A stretch of 61,183 bases of DNA. It comes from Candidatus Bathyarchaeota archaeon. Its GTDB lineage: Archaea > Thermoproteota > Bathyarchaeia > Bathyarchaeales > Bathycorpusculaceae. The position numbers were made by a program, and so were the translations under genes. The stretch is taken from the NCBI GenBank assembly GCA_963833575.1, contig CAWHXY010000002.1, positions 1 through 61,183 on the forward strand, in the 5' to 3' direction. A model generated the notes under the pieces. The model was not told the origin of the DNA, searched no databases, and worked only from the letters and a program-made list of their open reading frames with translations. Of the stretch, positions 1-8,825 are shown in pieces. Every line of letters starts with the position of its first letter. The first letter of the stretch is position 1.

Positions 1-1670
1 AACTCTGGGATGGTTAGCAAAAGAAAACAGCGACATAATACTAGTCGAGCATGACAGGACAATCCAGAACATTCCGGGAAGCGACCAAACCAATGGATTA
101 GTCATTCTAAAGTGCTGTATACTTGAATTCTGCTCACTACCATTACAAAAAAATTCAAAGTTGATTTTAAATTCACCAGTAGACAAAGATAGAGGTGAGT
201 ATGCGCTTCAGTCAAAGAAGCGAAAAACTCCAAAAAACAGAAAGGGAGCAAACAAATGAAAACCGTAATCATAACGGAGAGCTCCCGAGGCAACAAACTG
301 CAAAAACCACTAACTCTCACCTTGCCTGAAGCAGAGACAGCCGCCGACAAAAAACTCCAACAATACATAATCGATGCATTACTAACCAGAATGCCCAGCC
401 TCGTAACCTTAACCTTCCAAAACACCACAACCATAGAACTAGCAAAACACCTCTTACGTCACAGAACAGGCAGCCCAGCCACCCTCTACCAATACATCTA
501 CGGCGTTCACCGATTCACTCTCTGGACAAACACCCAACCCGACCAACTCGTCAAAGCCTGCCAAGATCAAGACGGTGACCCAAAACCAAAATCTCTTTCG
601 CAAACAAGCCGCATGCTAGATGACTTCGTCGCCAACCTACAAGCCGAAAACTTGGCACCAGGAACCGTAAGCAATCACGTTAAAGGCGTCAAAGCATTAT
701 TCCGCTGCAATGGACTAAAACTTGAACTTCCATACAATCTAAGTAAAAGAAGCGTCTACGAAGACAGAGCACCAACACCTGAAGAACTGCAAAAAATGCT
801 CGACTTAGCCGATCTACGCGAACGAGTAATCATATCGCTACTAGCGTTAGGCGGATTTCGCATCGGCACCCTATCCAAGCTACAGTATCGCCATGTCAAA
901 CGCGACCTAGAAAAAGGCATAATCCCAATCCACGTGCATGTTGAATCAGATATAACCAAGGGGAAATATCACGACTACGATACATTCCTGGGACAGGAAG
1001 CAGCCGAATACCTCAAAGCCTACTTGGACATACGCAGACAAGGCAGCCCAACAGGACGAAAACAACCAGAAATTATCCACGACAACTCACCTCTAATACG
1101 CGATGGCCAAAGCAACCTCGCCAAGCCAATTACAACGGGCAGAATTCACTCAGTTGTCCACAACCTCTACATCAAAGCAGGACTAATCACCAGCAACCCT
1201 CGAGGAAGACGCTATGACCTAAGAGCCCACAGCATACGAAAATACTTCCGCACACAGCTAGCTTCACTTAGCATTCAAACCGATTACATCGAATACATGA
1301 TGGGACACACAATCAGCACCTACCACGACATTCGCATGAAAGGCATAGAATACCTCCGCGGCGTATACATCTCCTCAGGACTAAGCATAAAACCAAAAAC
1401 CCGCCTAAACAAACTTGAAGCCCTCAAAGAAATGATTCGCGCATGGGGACTCAACCCTGACCAAGTCATGTCAAGAGAAGCACTAGCACAATCCAACACA
1501 ACCTTTATCGACCGAGCCCAACTAGAACAAACCCAACTGACACAACTAACAGCTATTTTAAAGCAACAGATGATCAAAGAAATCTGCGAGAGTCAAGGTC
1601 AAAAAAGTATGAATTCACGCCTGGGACAAAGTAGCCCGGGAGAGATTCGAACTCTCGTCGGAGGGTCCAA
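1..1670. mobile_element. Right-hand end of a tRNA-Gln-integrated element (provirus or integrative plasmid); the rest lies outside the window
   Basis: Integrase convergent on the tRNA 3' end; + strand visibly C/A-rich compared with the flanking host genes. The exact att core cannot be determined without the other end. Confidence 0.7.
2..259 (+). CDS. 5'-truncated hypothetical protein of the integrated element
   Basis: Open frame from the window edge (TLGWLAKENSDIILVEHDRT...GLVILKCCILEF...KGANK*). Its TGA overlaps the integrase ATG (ATGA at 256-259), and it has the same C/A-rich codon style as the integrase. Confidence 0.65.
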   Translation, partial: TLGWLAKENSDIILVEHDRTIQNIPGSDQTNGLVILKCCILEFCSLPLQKNSKLILNSPVDKDRGEYALQSKKRKTPKNRKGANK

Positions 1671-1686
1671 AGCCCTCTATGCTTGA
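256..1686 (+). CDS. Tyrosine recombinase/site-specific integrase
   Basis: Catalytic set R (GGFRIGTL), K (ITKGK), HxxR (AHSIRKYF), H (MMGH), Y (STYH); SAM-like core-binding region (PGTVSNHVKGVKALF); abuts and overlaps a tRNA 3' end. Confidence 0.93.
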   Translation: MKTVIITESSRGNKLQKPLTLTLPEAETAADKKLQQYIIDALLTRMPSLVTLTFQNTTTIELAKHLLRHRTGSPATLYQYIYGVHRFTLWTNTQPDQLVKACQDQDGDPKPKSLSQTSRMLDDFVANLQAENLAPGTVSNHVKGVKALFRCNGLKLELPYNLSKRSVYEDRAPTPEELQKMLDLADLRERVIISLLALGGFRIGTLSKLQYRHVKRDLEKGIIPIHVHVESDITKGKYHDYDTFLGQEAAEYLKAYLDIRRQGSPTGRKQPEIIHDNSPLIRDGQSNLAKPITTGRIHSVVHNLYIKAGLITSNPRGRRYDLRAHSIRKYFRTQLASLSIQTDYIEYMMGHTISTYHDIRMKGIEYLRGVYISSGLSIKPKTRLNKLEALKEMIRAWGLNPDQVMSREALAQSNTTFIDRAQLEQTQLTQLTAILKQQMIKEICESQGQKSMNSRLGQSSPGEIRTLVGGSKALYA

Positions 1687-1704
1687 CCACTACACCACCG
1701 GGCT
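1632..1704 (-). tRNA. tRNA-Gln(UUG), no intron, CCA not encoded
   Basis: Reverse complement AGCCCGG TGGTGTAGTGGTCAAGCATA GAGGG CTTTGGA CCCTC CGAC GAGAG TTCGAAT CTCTC CCGGGCT A; full cloverleaf with the A1-U72 pair typical of archaeal tRNA-Gln. Confidence 0.97.
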
Positions 1705-1810
1705 TCAAGGCTTTTTTATTTGGTGCTAGACTCTAAGGACAATTTTTTTCCTAATAAGCGTTCTTACATTGACTTGGTAATATTCATCAAAAAATCCTGA
1801 ACGTACCTGT

Positions 1811-2962
1811 TTAACCTAGTAATTTCTTCAAAACTGGTATCTTTTTTAATGGAACAATTATTGCAAGACAGATGAAAAGAGTAATCACAGTTGCAAGGGG
1901 GATTCCGATGATGGAATTCACTGTGTTGCCGTTAAGTGTGAAACCGAAATAGCCTCGCCAGAGACATTCAAGTATAATTATGTGGAAAAGGAATATGGGC
2001 AGAGTATTTTCGCTGATTAAGCTAAGTAGCTTCTTGCCATTTGAGTTTCCGAGCTTTTTCTGGGTGGGTTCTTTTTGAGTGACGTCTTTTTGCGTTTTTT
2101 CGTTTTCGGAGGTTTTGATTTCCATTGGTTGGGCGTTCGTTAGCGTCGGCGCTTGAATGGTGTTCAAGAGCAAAAACAGCATAACTGAGGCTAAGATCAT
2201 TGTTGGGCTAATATATTCTTGGAAGAAGTATGTTTCGCCTCCTCCAACGGTTGCGGCTATTGCGTATGTGCCTATTGCGGTTAAGGTAAATCCAACAAAC
2301 ATCAAAATAACTAGATTTTTCCGCTTGATTTTTACAGTTAGAAGGTATGTGCCTAAAATGAAGTATCCTGCGTAAAGTGGAAATGTGAAAACAAAACTAT
2401 TCAGTTGATATGGTCCGAATAAGCCGAGAAGAGGTAAGATGGCTGTGCCTATAAACCAGATTACGAGGAGATATTGAATCAGGTTACGCTTTGCATGGGC
2501 TATTATTATGCGTAAAATTGGGGTTAAGAGGTAGAGCCCAATTAGCATGTAGAGATACCAGAAGTGAAAGTATGGACCGTTTAGTATGCCTTGGATGATA
2601 GAGGTTGATGTTATGCTTTGACTGTTAATTTGATGGTCCACGAGAAAGTCCCAGGCAAAGAAGACGGCTCCCCAAAACAGGAACGGTAATGCTATTCGCG
2701 CGAATCTTTTCTTGAAAAAAGCTCCTATTGATTCATCTAGTTTGCTTGGTTGAAGCAAAAGAGCGCCAGTTAACATCACAAATAACGGAACCCCTGTTCG
2801 CCCCAAAGTCTGATAAATAGTAACTGTGCCCCAACGAAAAATTTCAAACGAATTCATTTGTTGAGCGGTCAAGTCATTTGCGGCATGAAGCAGAATAACG
2901 CCTACAATAGCTATGGTTCGAATCAGATGTACTGGAACAGAGAGCCCTTTTTCGTGATTCAA
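1811..2962 (-). CDS. Acyltransferase family 3 (OafA/WecH-like) membrane O-acyltransferase
   Basis: LIRTIAIVGVILLH, GVPLFVMLTGALLL, FFKKRFARI and HFWYLY motifs; about 10 TM helices; TTG start. Confidence 0.88.
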   Translation of the reverse strand: MNHEKGLSVPVHLIRTIAIVGVILLHAANDLTAQQMNSFEIFRWGTVTIYQTLGRTGVPLFVMLTGALLLQPSKLDESIGAFFKKRFARIALPFLFWGAVFFAWDFLVDHQINSQSITSTSIIQGILNGPYFHFWYLYMLIGLYLLTPILRIIIAHAKRNLIQYLLVIWFIGTAILPLLGLFGPYQLNSFVFTFPLYAGYFILGTYLLTVKIKRKNLVILMFVGFTLTAIGTYAIAATVGGGETYFFQEYISPTMILASVMLFLLLNTIQAPTLTNAQPMEIKTSENEKTQKDVTQKEPTQKKLGNSNGKKLLSLISENTLPIFLFHIIILECLWRGYFGFTLNGNTVNSIIGIPLATVITLFICLAIIVPLKKIPVLKKLLG

Positions 2963-3202
2963 CTGCTTTCCCTTTATCGATTACACCCTTTAGGCTACTT
3001 GTGCTAAATAAGATTTGACTTATTTGACGCAAAACTATGCTTTTTTCTGTTGGGGCAATTTGATTGATGAAAAATTGGTTTGGTAGAAACCATTTATTTG
3101 TCCTTCGTTAAGTTGCTTTTGTGATTGATTAACAATTTTTTATGTTATTTCCCATTGTGAATTTTATGCATTGTGAATAATTAGAGAGTATTGTGTGCAA
3201 TA

Positions 3203-3229
3203 ACTTTATAAAGACCACAAAGCTTAAAT
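3203..3229 (+). promoter_or_regulatory. Candidate BRE/TATA elements of tfb
   Basis: ACTTTATAAAG and AAAGCTTAAATA upstream of tfb. Confidence 0.5.
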
Positions 3230-3333
3230 AGAACTACACTGCTAACGCTTAGTTTGCGCGGGCCGAATGTACTGTTTCTACCCCAAAATGGATATGGTGA
3301 CGGCTCTATGCATGTTGAAACGGAGAGAAAAAA

Positions 3334-4272
3334 TTGAGCAAAAAAGAAGTCAAACCACAGGCGCGCTTATCTGATAAGTGCGCAGAGTGCGGTAGCGAAA
3401 ACCTAGTTCATGATTATGACACTGGAGAAACCGTGTGCGGTGACTGTGGCTTGGTCCTCTACGAGCAAATGATGGATAAAGGACCAGAGTGGCGTGCGTT
3501 TACCCAAGAAGAGAAAGCATCAAGAAGCCGTGTAGGTGTTCCAACATCTTATTCGGTTCATGACAAAGGTTTATCCACAGCTATTAGCCAGGTGGATAGA
3601 GATGCTTTTGGAAGGAAATTGCCGCTATCCACAAGATTACAAATGTGGCGTCTGAGAAAATGGCAAATACGAAGTCGAGTACACTCATCTATTGATCGAA
3701 ATTTGGCTCAAGCTATGGCAGAGCTTGATCGTCTTTCAGATAAAGTCTACATACCTCCGCCAATTAAGGAAAAAGCTGCAGTAGTTTATCGAAAAGCCTT
3801 AGACAAAGGTTTAGTTAGAGGAAGATCAATTGCCGCAATTGCTGCAGCTGCGCTTTATGCTGCTTGCCGTGGAAGTGGAACACCACGTACACTGAGGGAA
3901 ATCGCTGAGGCAAGTCTAGTTGACAAGAAAGATGTAGCAAGATGCTACAGACTACTATTGCGCGAACTTGAAGTGCACATGCCTATCGCAGATCCATTAA
4001 CATACGTATCTAAAATCGCAGAGAAAACTGGAATTTCAGGAAAGACACAAGGTGCAGCCATCCAAATTCTCAGGGATGCAAGACGTAAACGTGCTGCCGC
4101 CGGAAAAGACCCAATGGGACTAGCTGCTGCTGCTCTATACATCGCTTGTTTACAGAATGGCGAGAAGAAAACGCAGAAAGACATCGCCGAAGCTGCAGGC
4201 GTAACTGAAGTAACCGTGCGCAATCGTTACAAGACACTCAAAAAACAGCTAAATCTTGAGTTGCCTGACTAA
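3334..4272 (+). CDS. tfb: Transcription initiation factor IIB (TFB)
   Basis: Zn ribbon CAECGS...CGDCG, GPEWRAF, two cyclin repeats, GVTEVTVRNRYK. Confidence 0.98.
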   Translation: MSKKEVKPQARLSDKCAECGSENLVHDYDTGETVCGDCGLVLYEQMMDKGPEWRAFTQEEKASRSRVGVPTSYSVHDKGLSTAISQVDRDAFGRKLPLSTRLQMWRLRKWQIRSRVHSSIDRNLAQAMAELDRLSDKVYIPPPIKEKAAVVYRKALDKGLVRGRSIAAIAAAALYAACRGSGTPRTLREIAEASLVDKKDVARCYRLLLRELEVHMPIADPLTYVSKIAEKTGISGKTQGAAIQILRDARRKRAAAGKDPMGLAAAALYIACLQNGEKKTQKDIAEAAGVTEVTVRNRYKTLKKQLNLELPD

Positions 4273-4282
4273 TTTTTTTAAG

Positions 4283-4498
4283 TCAAGCATCGGATTCTTC
4301 TTTTTCTTTTTCAAGTTCTAAAACTACAATTCCAACGTAGTGACAATCTTCACAATAGTATTGTTTAGGCGTTAACCAAATAGCTAGACTATTTGTCAGA
4401 TGAATTTTTGGGCTGCAACATCTTGGACAATAAATTTGCGCCGGTTTTTGGTGTTTAGTTGCTTTGAATACTTCACGTATGTCATCTAGTTTTTTCAT
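4283..4498 (-). CDS. Small Zn-ribbon protein
   Basis: CPRC...CEDC; co-oriented downstream of aIF1. Confidence 0.75.
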   Translation of the reverse strand: MKKLDDIREVFKATKHQKPAQIYCPRCCSPKIHLTNSLAIWLTPKQYYCEDCHYVGIVVLELEKEKEESDA

Positions 4499-4528
4499 TA
4501 AACTGCATCTCTGTTTTTGACTTACGGT

Positions 4529-4837
4529 TTATTGGACTTCAATGTTTTCTGTTGGATAACCCAACTTGATTAAGAATTCGCGAACTCGATCCCGATGATC
4601 TCCCTGCAGCATGATTTGACCGTTCTTGCTCGTTCCTCCGCATGCGCAATAGGTTTTGAGCTTTTGAGCAATGGTTGCTAAATTAATATTTTTATCTTCC
4701 ATGCCGTCGATAACGGTACTTGGTCTACCAAATTTTCGAGTTTCAAGTCGTACGCGTATTCTCTGTTGTTCTTTTTCTATTTCTCCACAAACGCATAAGT
4801 CCTTAGGAAGCCCGCATGTTGAACAAACTTCAGCCAT
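4529..4837 (-). CDS. Translation initiation factor aIF1 (SUI1/YciH)
   Basis: MAEVCSTCGLPKDLCVC...LKTYCACGGT...LQGDHR; start moved to ATG 4837, about 30 nt below a TATA box. Confidence 0.95.
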   Translation of the reverse strand: MAEVCSTCGLPKDLCVCGEIEKEQQRIRVRLETRKFGRPSTVIDGMEDKNINLATIAQKLKTYCACGGTSKNGQIMLQGDHRDRVREFLIKLGYPTENIEVQ

Positions 4838-4865
4838 GACACTCAACACTGAATTAGCATCTGGA

Positions 4866-4880
4866 ATATATAAAAGTTTC
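4866..4880 (-). promoter_or_regulatory. BRE/TATA promoter of aIF1
   Basis: Minus strand GAAACTTTTATATAT about 30 nt upstream of ATG 4837. Confidence 0.6.
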
Positions 4881-4939
4881 AAATCCCAAAAAAGGGGTTC
4901 TTTGTTGGTTCTGGATGATTGCTGCACCGCATTTTACAT

Positions 4940-5944
4940 TTAGTAACTTTGACCCTCAGGTGTCAAACGCTCTAATTCCGCACCAGAATTACTATTGCCG
5001 ACAAATCTTTTTCCAGCTTTTATAAGTTGTTCTCTAAAGTCAGGGCTTGGGATAATAAGGAAATAACCGCTTATGGAGTTTTTGTCTAGCTTGAAGCTCA
5101 TTTCAAAAATAAAAGCCGATTTAGCCGCAATTAATTGTTTTGCAAGAAAAACATCAATTACAGCTTCAAAATAATCAGTCACAACCTCAGGGGATGAAGG
5201 AAGAATTTTCATTTCAGCGAAGTTTGCCACTGCACTAAAGAAAGCGCAAATCATAATTGACCCCATTTCTTCAAGAGCCGATGTGTACATTTCAGAACGC
5301 AAGAAGCTGGTGGATTTTTGCGTCAAAATATCTGCAATCTTTTTTGCGTCTTGAGGATCAAAAACTACCAAGATATCGCAGTTGGGTTCCTTATATAATT
5401 GCATATGGATAGCGGTGACTTGTTTGTCGGGCGCTCCCAATAATCTGGCGGCCAGGTGCGGCGGTCCAGATTCAAGCTTTGGCAAGCTTATTTTTATTGG
5501 CTGGTTACATAACTTGGATAGAACTGTAGCAGCGTGACCGACTCCGATATTTCCAATTTCAGAAAAAACGCGGAGATCCGTGCTCATGACAATCGCTTCG
5601 AGCAGTTTTTCCGGTTCAAAGGGTTTGGCCACAAAGGACTTAGCGCCCATCTTCATATATTCGTTTATCAAGCTTTCTTCATTCAATGCACTGCAAACAA
5701 TGACATTTGCTTCACGGTCTTCAACCATTATTTCTCTGAGAGCGTCAACCCCATTTTTTGCAATAGTTCCTTCTTTCATTACTATGTCTAGTAGCACTAC
5801 GTCAGGTTTGAGTTCTTTAAATTGTGTAATTACCTCATCCCCGTTGGAAGCTTCACCTACGACTTCGTGTCCAGACTCGAACAATATTGTTTTTAGTAAA
5901 TCACGTATGTATGCTGAATCATCAGCTATTAGAACCGAAACCAT
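4940..5944 (-). CDS. CheY-like receiver fused to a CheC-like phosphatase domain
   Basis: VLIADDS / LLDIVM / CSA / KPF receiver; EIGNIGVGHAATVLS and SALEEMGSIM CheC-type repeats; probable start ATG 5944. Confidence 0.85.
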   Translation of the reverse strand: MVSVLIADDSAYIRDLLKTILFESGHEVVGEASNGDEVITQFKELKPDVVLLDIVMKEGTIAKNGVDALREIMVEDREANVIVCSALNEESLINEYMKMGAKSFVAKPFEPEKLLEAIVMSTDLRVFSEIGNIGVGHAATVLSKLCNQPIKISLPKLESGPPHLAARLLGAPDKQVTAIHMQLYKEPNCDILVVFDPQDAKKIADILTQKSTSFLRSEMYTSALEEMGSIMICAFFSAVANFAEMKILPSSPEVVTDYFEAVIDVFLAKQLIAAKSAFIFEMSFKLDKNSISGYFLIIPSPDFREQLIKAGKRFVGNSNSGAELERLTPEGQSY

Positions 5945-6163
5945 CTTTGTGTCCCTGACTTCAATGACTGTTGTTTTTTTTATGTATATACAAGTTATGA
6001 AGCCAAAATCCAAATCAAAAATTAGTAAGAATAAATATTATTGACAGATACTTTTTGTTAAAAACCAAATCTTATACCTTATTCTAATTTAGCTGAAGTA
6101 AATGTAACTTTATCCAGTTACATTAATTTTTTATTATTTCTAAGCCTAAAGGCAGTTGATGAC

Positions 6164-6283
6164 ATGATAAGTGCCGTTGAAAAACTCCAGCGCGTCGGTT
6201 TAAATGAGTATGAGGGCATTATGCCCAAAAATGGCAAGTATCATCTTCGCTTTTTTTCTCTGAACCTATCCTTTAATTGTTGA
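6164..6283 (+). pseudogene. Possible 5' remnant of a TrmB-family regulator
   Basis: MISAVEKLQRVGLNEYE resembles the TrmB N-terminus (LxxLGLxEYE); similarity then stops. Confidence 0.3.
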
Positions 6284-6808
6284 CACAAGTTTCGCCAATT
6301 CTGCGATTTGTTCTACGAACTTATCCCTCATTTTAGTAAAACGCATGGCTGCTGAAGGATGGATAACTTGAACGTATTCTATTCCCTCTAGCCTTGGAGT
6401 GTCCTTTGCCGATGCTCCTAATAAAAGGATAATTTTGGGTTTTATAATGCTGATTTGCATATTCAAGTAGGGTAGGCATGCCGCTACCTCATCGGGATAG
6501 GGTTTGCGATTTTGTGGGGAAACATGTTTAACTATGTTGGTTATGAAGACGTCTTCACGTTTTATGCCGTTCTCAGCTAGAATTTTAGTTAAGAATTTTC
6601 CTGCTCTCCCAACGAAAGGTCTTCCTGTTTCATCCTCCTCAGCTCCAGGATTCTGACCTACAAACATTACCTTAGCGTTCCTGGGACCCTCACCTGGCAC
6701 ACCATGTTTTGCTCCTTGCCAGAGTCTACATTTTTTGCAACCGTAAATTTGAACGTCTAATTCTTCAAGCGTCAAAACAGTCACCTGTTGTTGCGTCATG
6801 ACAGTCAC
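6266..6808 (-). CDS. udg: Uracil-DNA glycosylase, family 4-like
   Basis: CKKCRL, VPGEG, GQNPGAEEDETGRPFVGRAG, ITNIVKH, NRKP, HPSAA. Confidence 0.9.
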   Translation of the reverse strand: MTVMTQQQVTVLTLEELDVQIYGCKKCRLWQGAKHGVPGEGPRNAKVMFVGQNPGAEEDETGRPFVGRAGKFLTKILAENGIKREDVFITNIVKHVSPQNRKPYPDEVAACLPYLNMQISIIKPKIILLLGASAKDTPRLEGIEYVQVIHPSAAMRFTKMRDKFVEQIAELAKLVSTIKG

Positions 6809-6906
6809 ACAACCTTAAAAAAATCGCGTTGTTACTTTATAATTAAGTTCTTGCTCCTGATCCAGTTAGAGCAAACTTGAGACCTTAGTATTTTGAAGGA
6901 TGAAAC

Positions 6907-7209
6907 ATGACTGAAGAAGAATCCGTATCGGAATCGCTTATTGGAAGCGCTACTCGTGTTCTTTTAAGAGTTGCTTTCAGGTTTGAACCCTTGGCGCCGA
7001 CGGCTATTACGGTGTTGATGAATCGGCAATTGCACGGATTCAAGGAAAGGGGCGCAATTGGAGATTATAAAACTAAGACTAAGCGTTTAGGCAAGTTTCA
7101 TTATCGGATTGTAATTACTTTAGATGTGACTGGTATGCAAGCGATTCATCTTCTCGGTAACTTGTTCCCAAAACAATTACGCAGATTTAGGAGGTGGTTC
7201 CATGACTGA
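6907..7209 (+). CDS. Hypothetical protein
   Basis: 100-aa ORF with a TATA-like element upstream; overlaps the next small ORF. Confidence 0.6.
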   Translation: MTEEESVSESLIGSATRVLLRVAFRFEPLAPTAITVLMNRQLHGFKERGAIGDYKTKTKRLGKFHYRIVITLDVTGMQAIHLLGNLFPKQLRRFRRWFHD

Positions 7210-7357
7210 GATGGTGGAAAAGAAAGGCAAGTTGAAGGTTACAATAGAGGTTGAAGCAAACGAGGAGTTAATGGCTTTAGCTAAAGAAACTATGTCCAAG
7301 ATGTCTATGAAATTGCCTGAAATGATGAAGCATAACAGCGGAGAAAAGAAAGAATAA
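7202..7357 (+). CDS. Small hypothetical protein (51 aa, not in ORF track)
   Basis: MTEMVEKKGKLKVTIEVEANEELMALAKETMSKMSMKLPEMMKHNSGEKKE; strong SD AGGAGGTG; T-rich tract downstream. Confidence 0.7.
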   Translation: MTEMVEKKGKLKVTIEVEANEELMALAKETMSKMSMKLPEMMKHNSGEKKE

Positions 7358-7508
7358 GCTTCTCCAAAAATATCCTGATTTTGTTTATTTTTTGAAACCT
7401 TTTTTTATGTTGATGATAACTTTTAATCTTAAATCTTAAATTGACAATTTGTTTGTTTATCAAATATTGTTTGAGAAATAATCCTCTGTCGTTTTTGCTT
7501 TCTTAAAA

Positions 7509-8069
7509 TTAACTTAACGGTTTTGCTGTTACGACATAATGGTAGTTTCCAATGGCATCAATACTGTCGATTTGAAAGCCCGCATTTCTGATCAAGATTG
7601 AAGCATGCTCTTCGCTAAATCTGATTTTGAACGGCGGACCGAAAGACATTTCTTGTTTTTTCCAGTCCAAATCAATCAACCGACCTTCTGGCTTAAGCAT
7701 TATTTTAGCGTTTTTCAACACTTTTTTGGGATCGCCGAAGTCATGAAGCACCATACTGTAAAAAATAAAGTCAACGCATTTGTTGCAGAAAACTGTTTCT
7801 TCACCCGTGCCAACTTTTGCAGTAATATTTTTCAAGCCTTCGGCTTCAGCTTTGTTTTTTAGCCTTTGGATTGCTGACGCATCCACGTCTACTGCATAGA
7901 CTTTTCCTTGATTGCCAACTCTTTTAGCAGCCAAGATAGTGAAGAAACCTTCGCCGCAACCTATATCTGAAAACACCATCCCAGAGCGTAAATTTTTCAA
8001 TATAGCTTCTGGATTGTACCAGGATCGTCTAGTTTTCTCGTCTAGAGAAAAACCGCCATGACAAGACAT
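7509..8069 (-). CDS. Class I SAM-dependent methyltransferase
   Basis: DIGCGEGFF, VYAVDVD, VLHDFGDP, LKPEGRL. Confidence 0.9.
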   Translation of the reverse strand: MSCHGGFSLDEKTRRSWYNPEAILKNLRSGMVFSDIGCGEGFFTILAAKRVGNQGKVYAVDVDASAIQRLKNKAEAEGLKNITAKVGTGEETVFCNKCVDFIFYSMVLHDFGDPKKVLKNAKIMLKPEGRLIDLDWKKQEMSFGPPFKIRFSEEHASILIRNAGFQIDSIDAIGNYHYVVTAKPLS

Positions 8070-8085
8070 GGGTTAAAACCCAAAG

Positions 8086-8382
8086 TTATGGCTGGAGAAG
8101 TGCTCGTATTTGTTTCTCATGCGTTTGCCTTGTTGTTAAGGGATAGATTTCGCGGTCGCAATCAAAGAATAAAGGGTCTTGTCCAATTACTTTTGAGAGC
8201 TTTTCGTCTGAATCCACATTGACTATTAACATGGTACCTTGGTGGCCAATCAGGTGGTAAGTGACTTCAAGCGTTTTTTCCTTTTCTAGATTATCAAAGT
8301 ATTTGAATTGCAACGGAAGCAGTTTTGCCCATTTCTCGATGGGAACCTCACGTTTAACTTTTTGTATAATTAAGAACTTCAT
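8086..8382 (-). CDS. Muconolactone-isomerase-like/DUF3303-like small protein
   Basis: Probable start MKFLII; GTMLIVNVDS...L...DPLF...EIYPL pattern. Confidence 0.55.
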   Translation of the reverse strand: MKFLIIQKVKREVPIEKWAKLLPLQFKYFDNLEKEKTLEVTYHLIGHQGTMLIVNVDSDEKLSKVIGQDPLFFDCDREIYPLTTRQTHEKQIRALLQP

Positions 8383-8587
8383 AATTATCCTTAATAGGAA
8401 AGTAATTAGATTAGATATAAAATCTTTCTTTTGGTCTTCAACCGGTTCTAAATCATAGTACACGAAGTAATGTCCAATCTCAAAATACCAGTTCTTTTAT
8501 CTCGCAGTTCAAAGAATTTAAAATGCAACCACCAAAAACTTGGCCCTTCATCTTCACTCTAGTAACATTAAGCATTTCCGAACAAGC

Positions 8588-8746
8588 AGAAGAAGAAGAA
8601 GAAGTGCGCCCCTGCGAAGTTTCTTCTTCTTTCTCAACAACTCCAGAGAAGAAGAAGGTGCGGTGCAGTGTGCGATTGTCCTCCTTCTTCTATCAAAGCC
8701 TTAGAAGAACAACACCCGGTGCAGTGCGCAATTGTTGTTGTTCTTT
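8588..8746. repeat. Three tandem degenerate units of about 57 bp, each an inverted repeat around a GC-rich loop
   Basis: Stems AGAAGAAGAA/TTCTTCTTCT, AGAAGAAGG/CCTTCTTCT and AGAACAACA/TGTTGTTCT; loops 2 and 3 share CGGTGCAGTGYGCRATTGT. Confidence 0.75.
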
Positions 8747-8825
8747 CAATATTCCTAATTCTATTTTTCTGATGATTCTTGATCTTAGAAGGAGTAAGTT
8801 TTGAAAATGATCTAAAAAAACTAAA

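Noticed and set aside
102-434. Antisense ORFs within the integrase, tfb, uvrA/B/C, metG and other long genes
   Set aside because: They overlap well-supported genes on the other strand or frame.
1623-1742. GGACAA on both sides of the tRNA, matching the TTGTCC unit of the 41011-41090 array; also TTGTYCCGAAATTG twice at 59358 and 59384
   Set aside because: The matches are too short to distinguish from chance without a genome-wide test.
3000-3240. AT-rich stretch as a possible replication origin
   Set aside because: No ORB (TTCCAGTGGAAA-type) boxes and no cdc6/orc1 gene nearby; explained as divergent promoters.
8523-8804. 93-aa ORF over the triple-hairpin region
   Set aside because: Low-complexity translation (poly-E, poly-S) of the repeats, with no SD or family motif.
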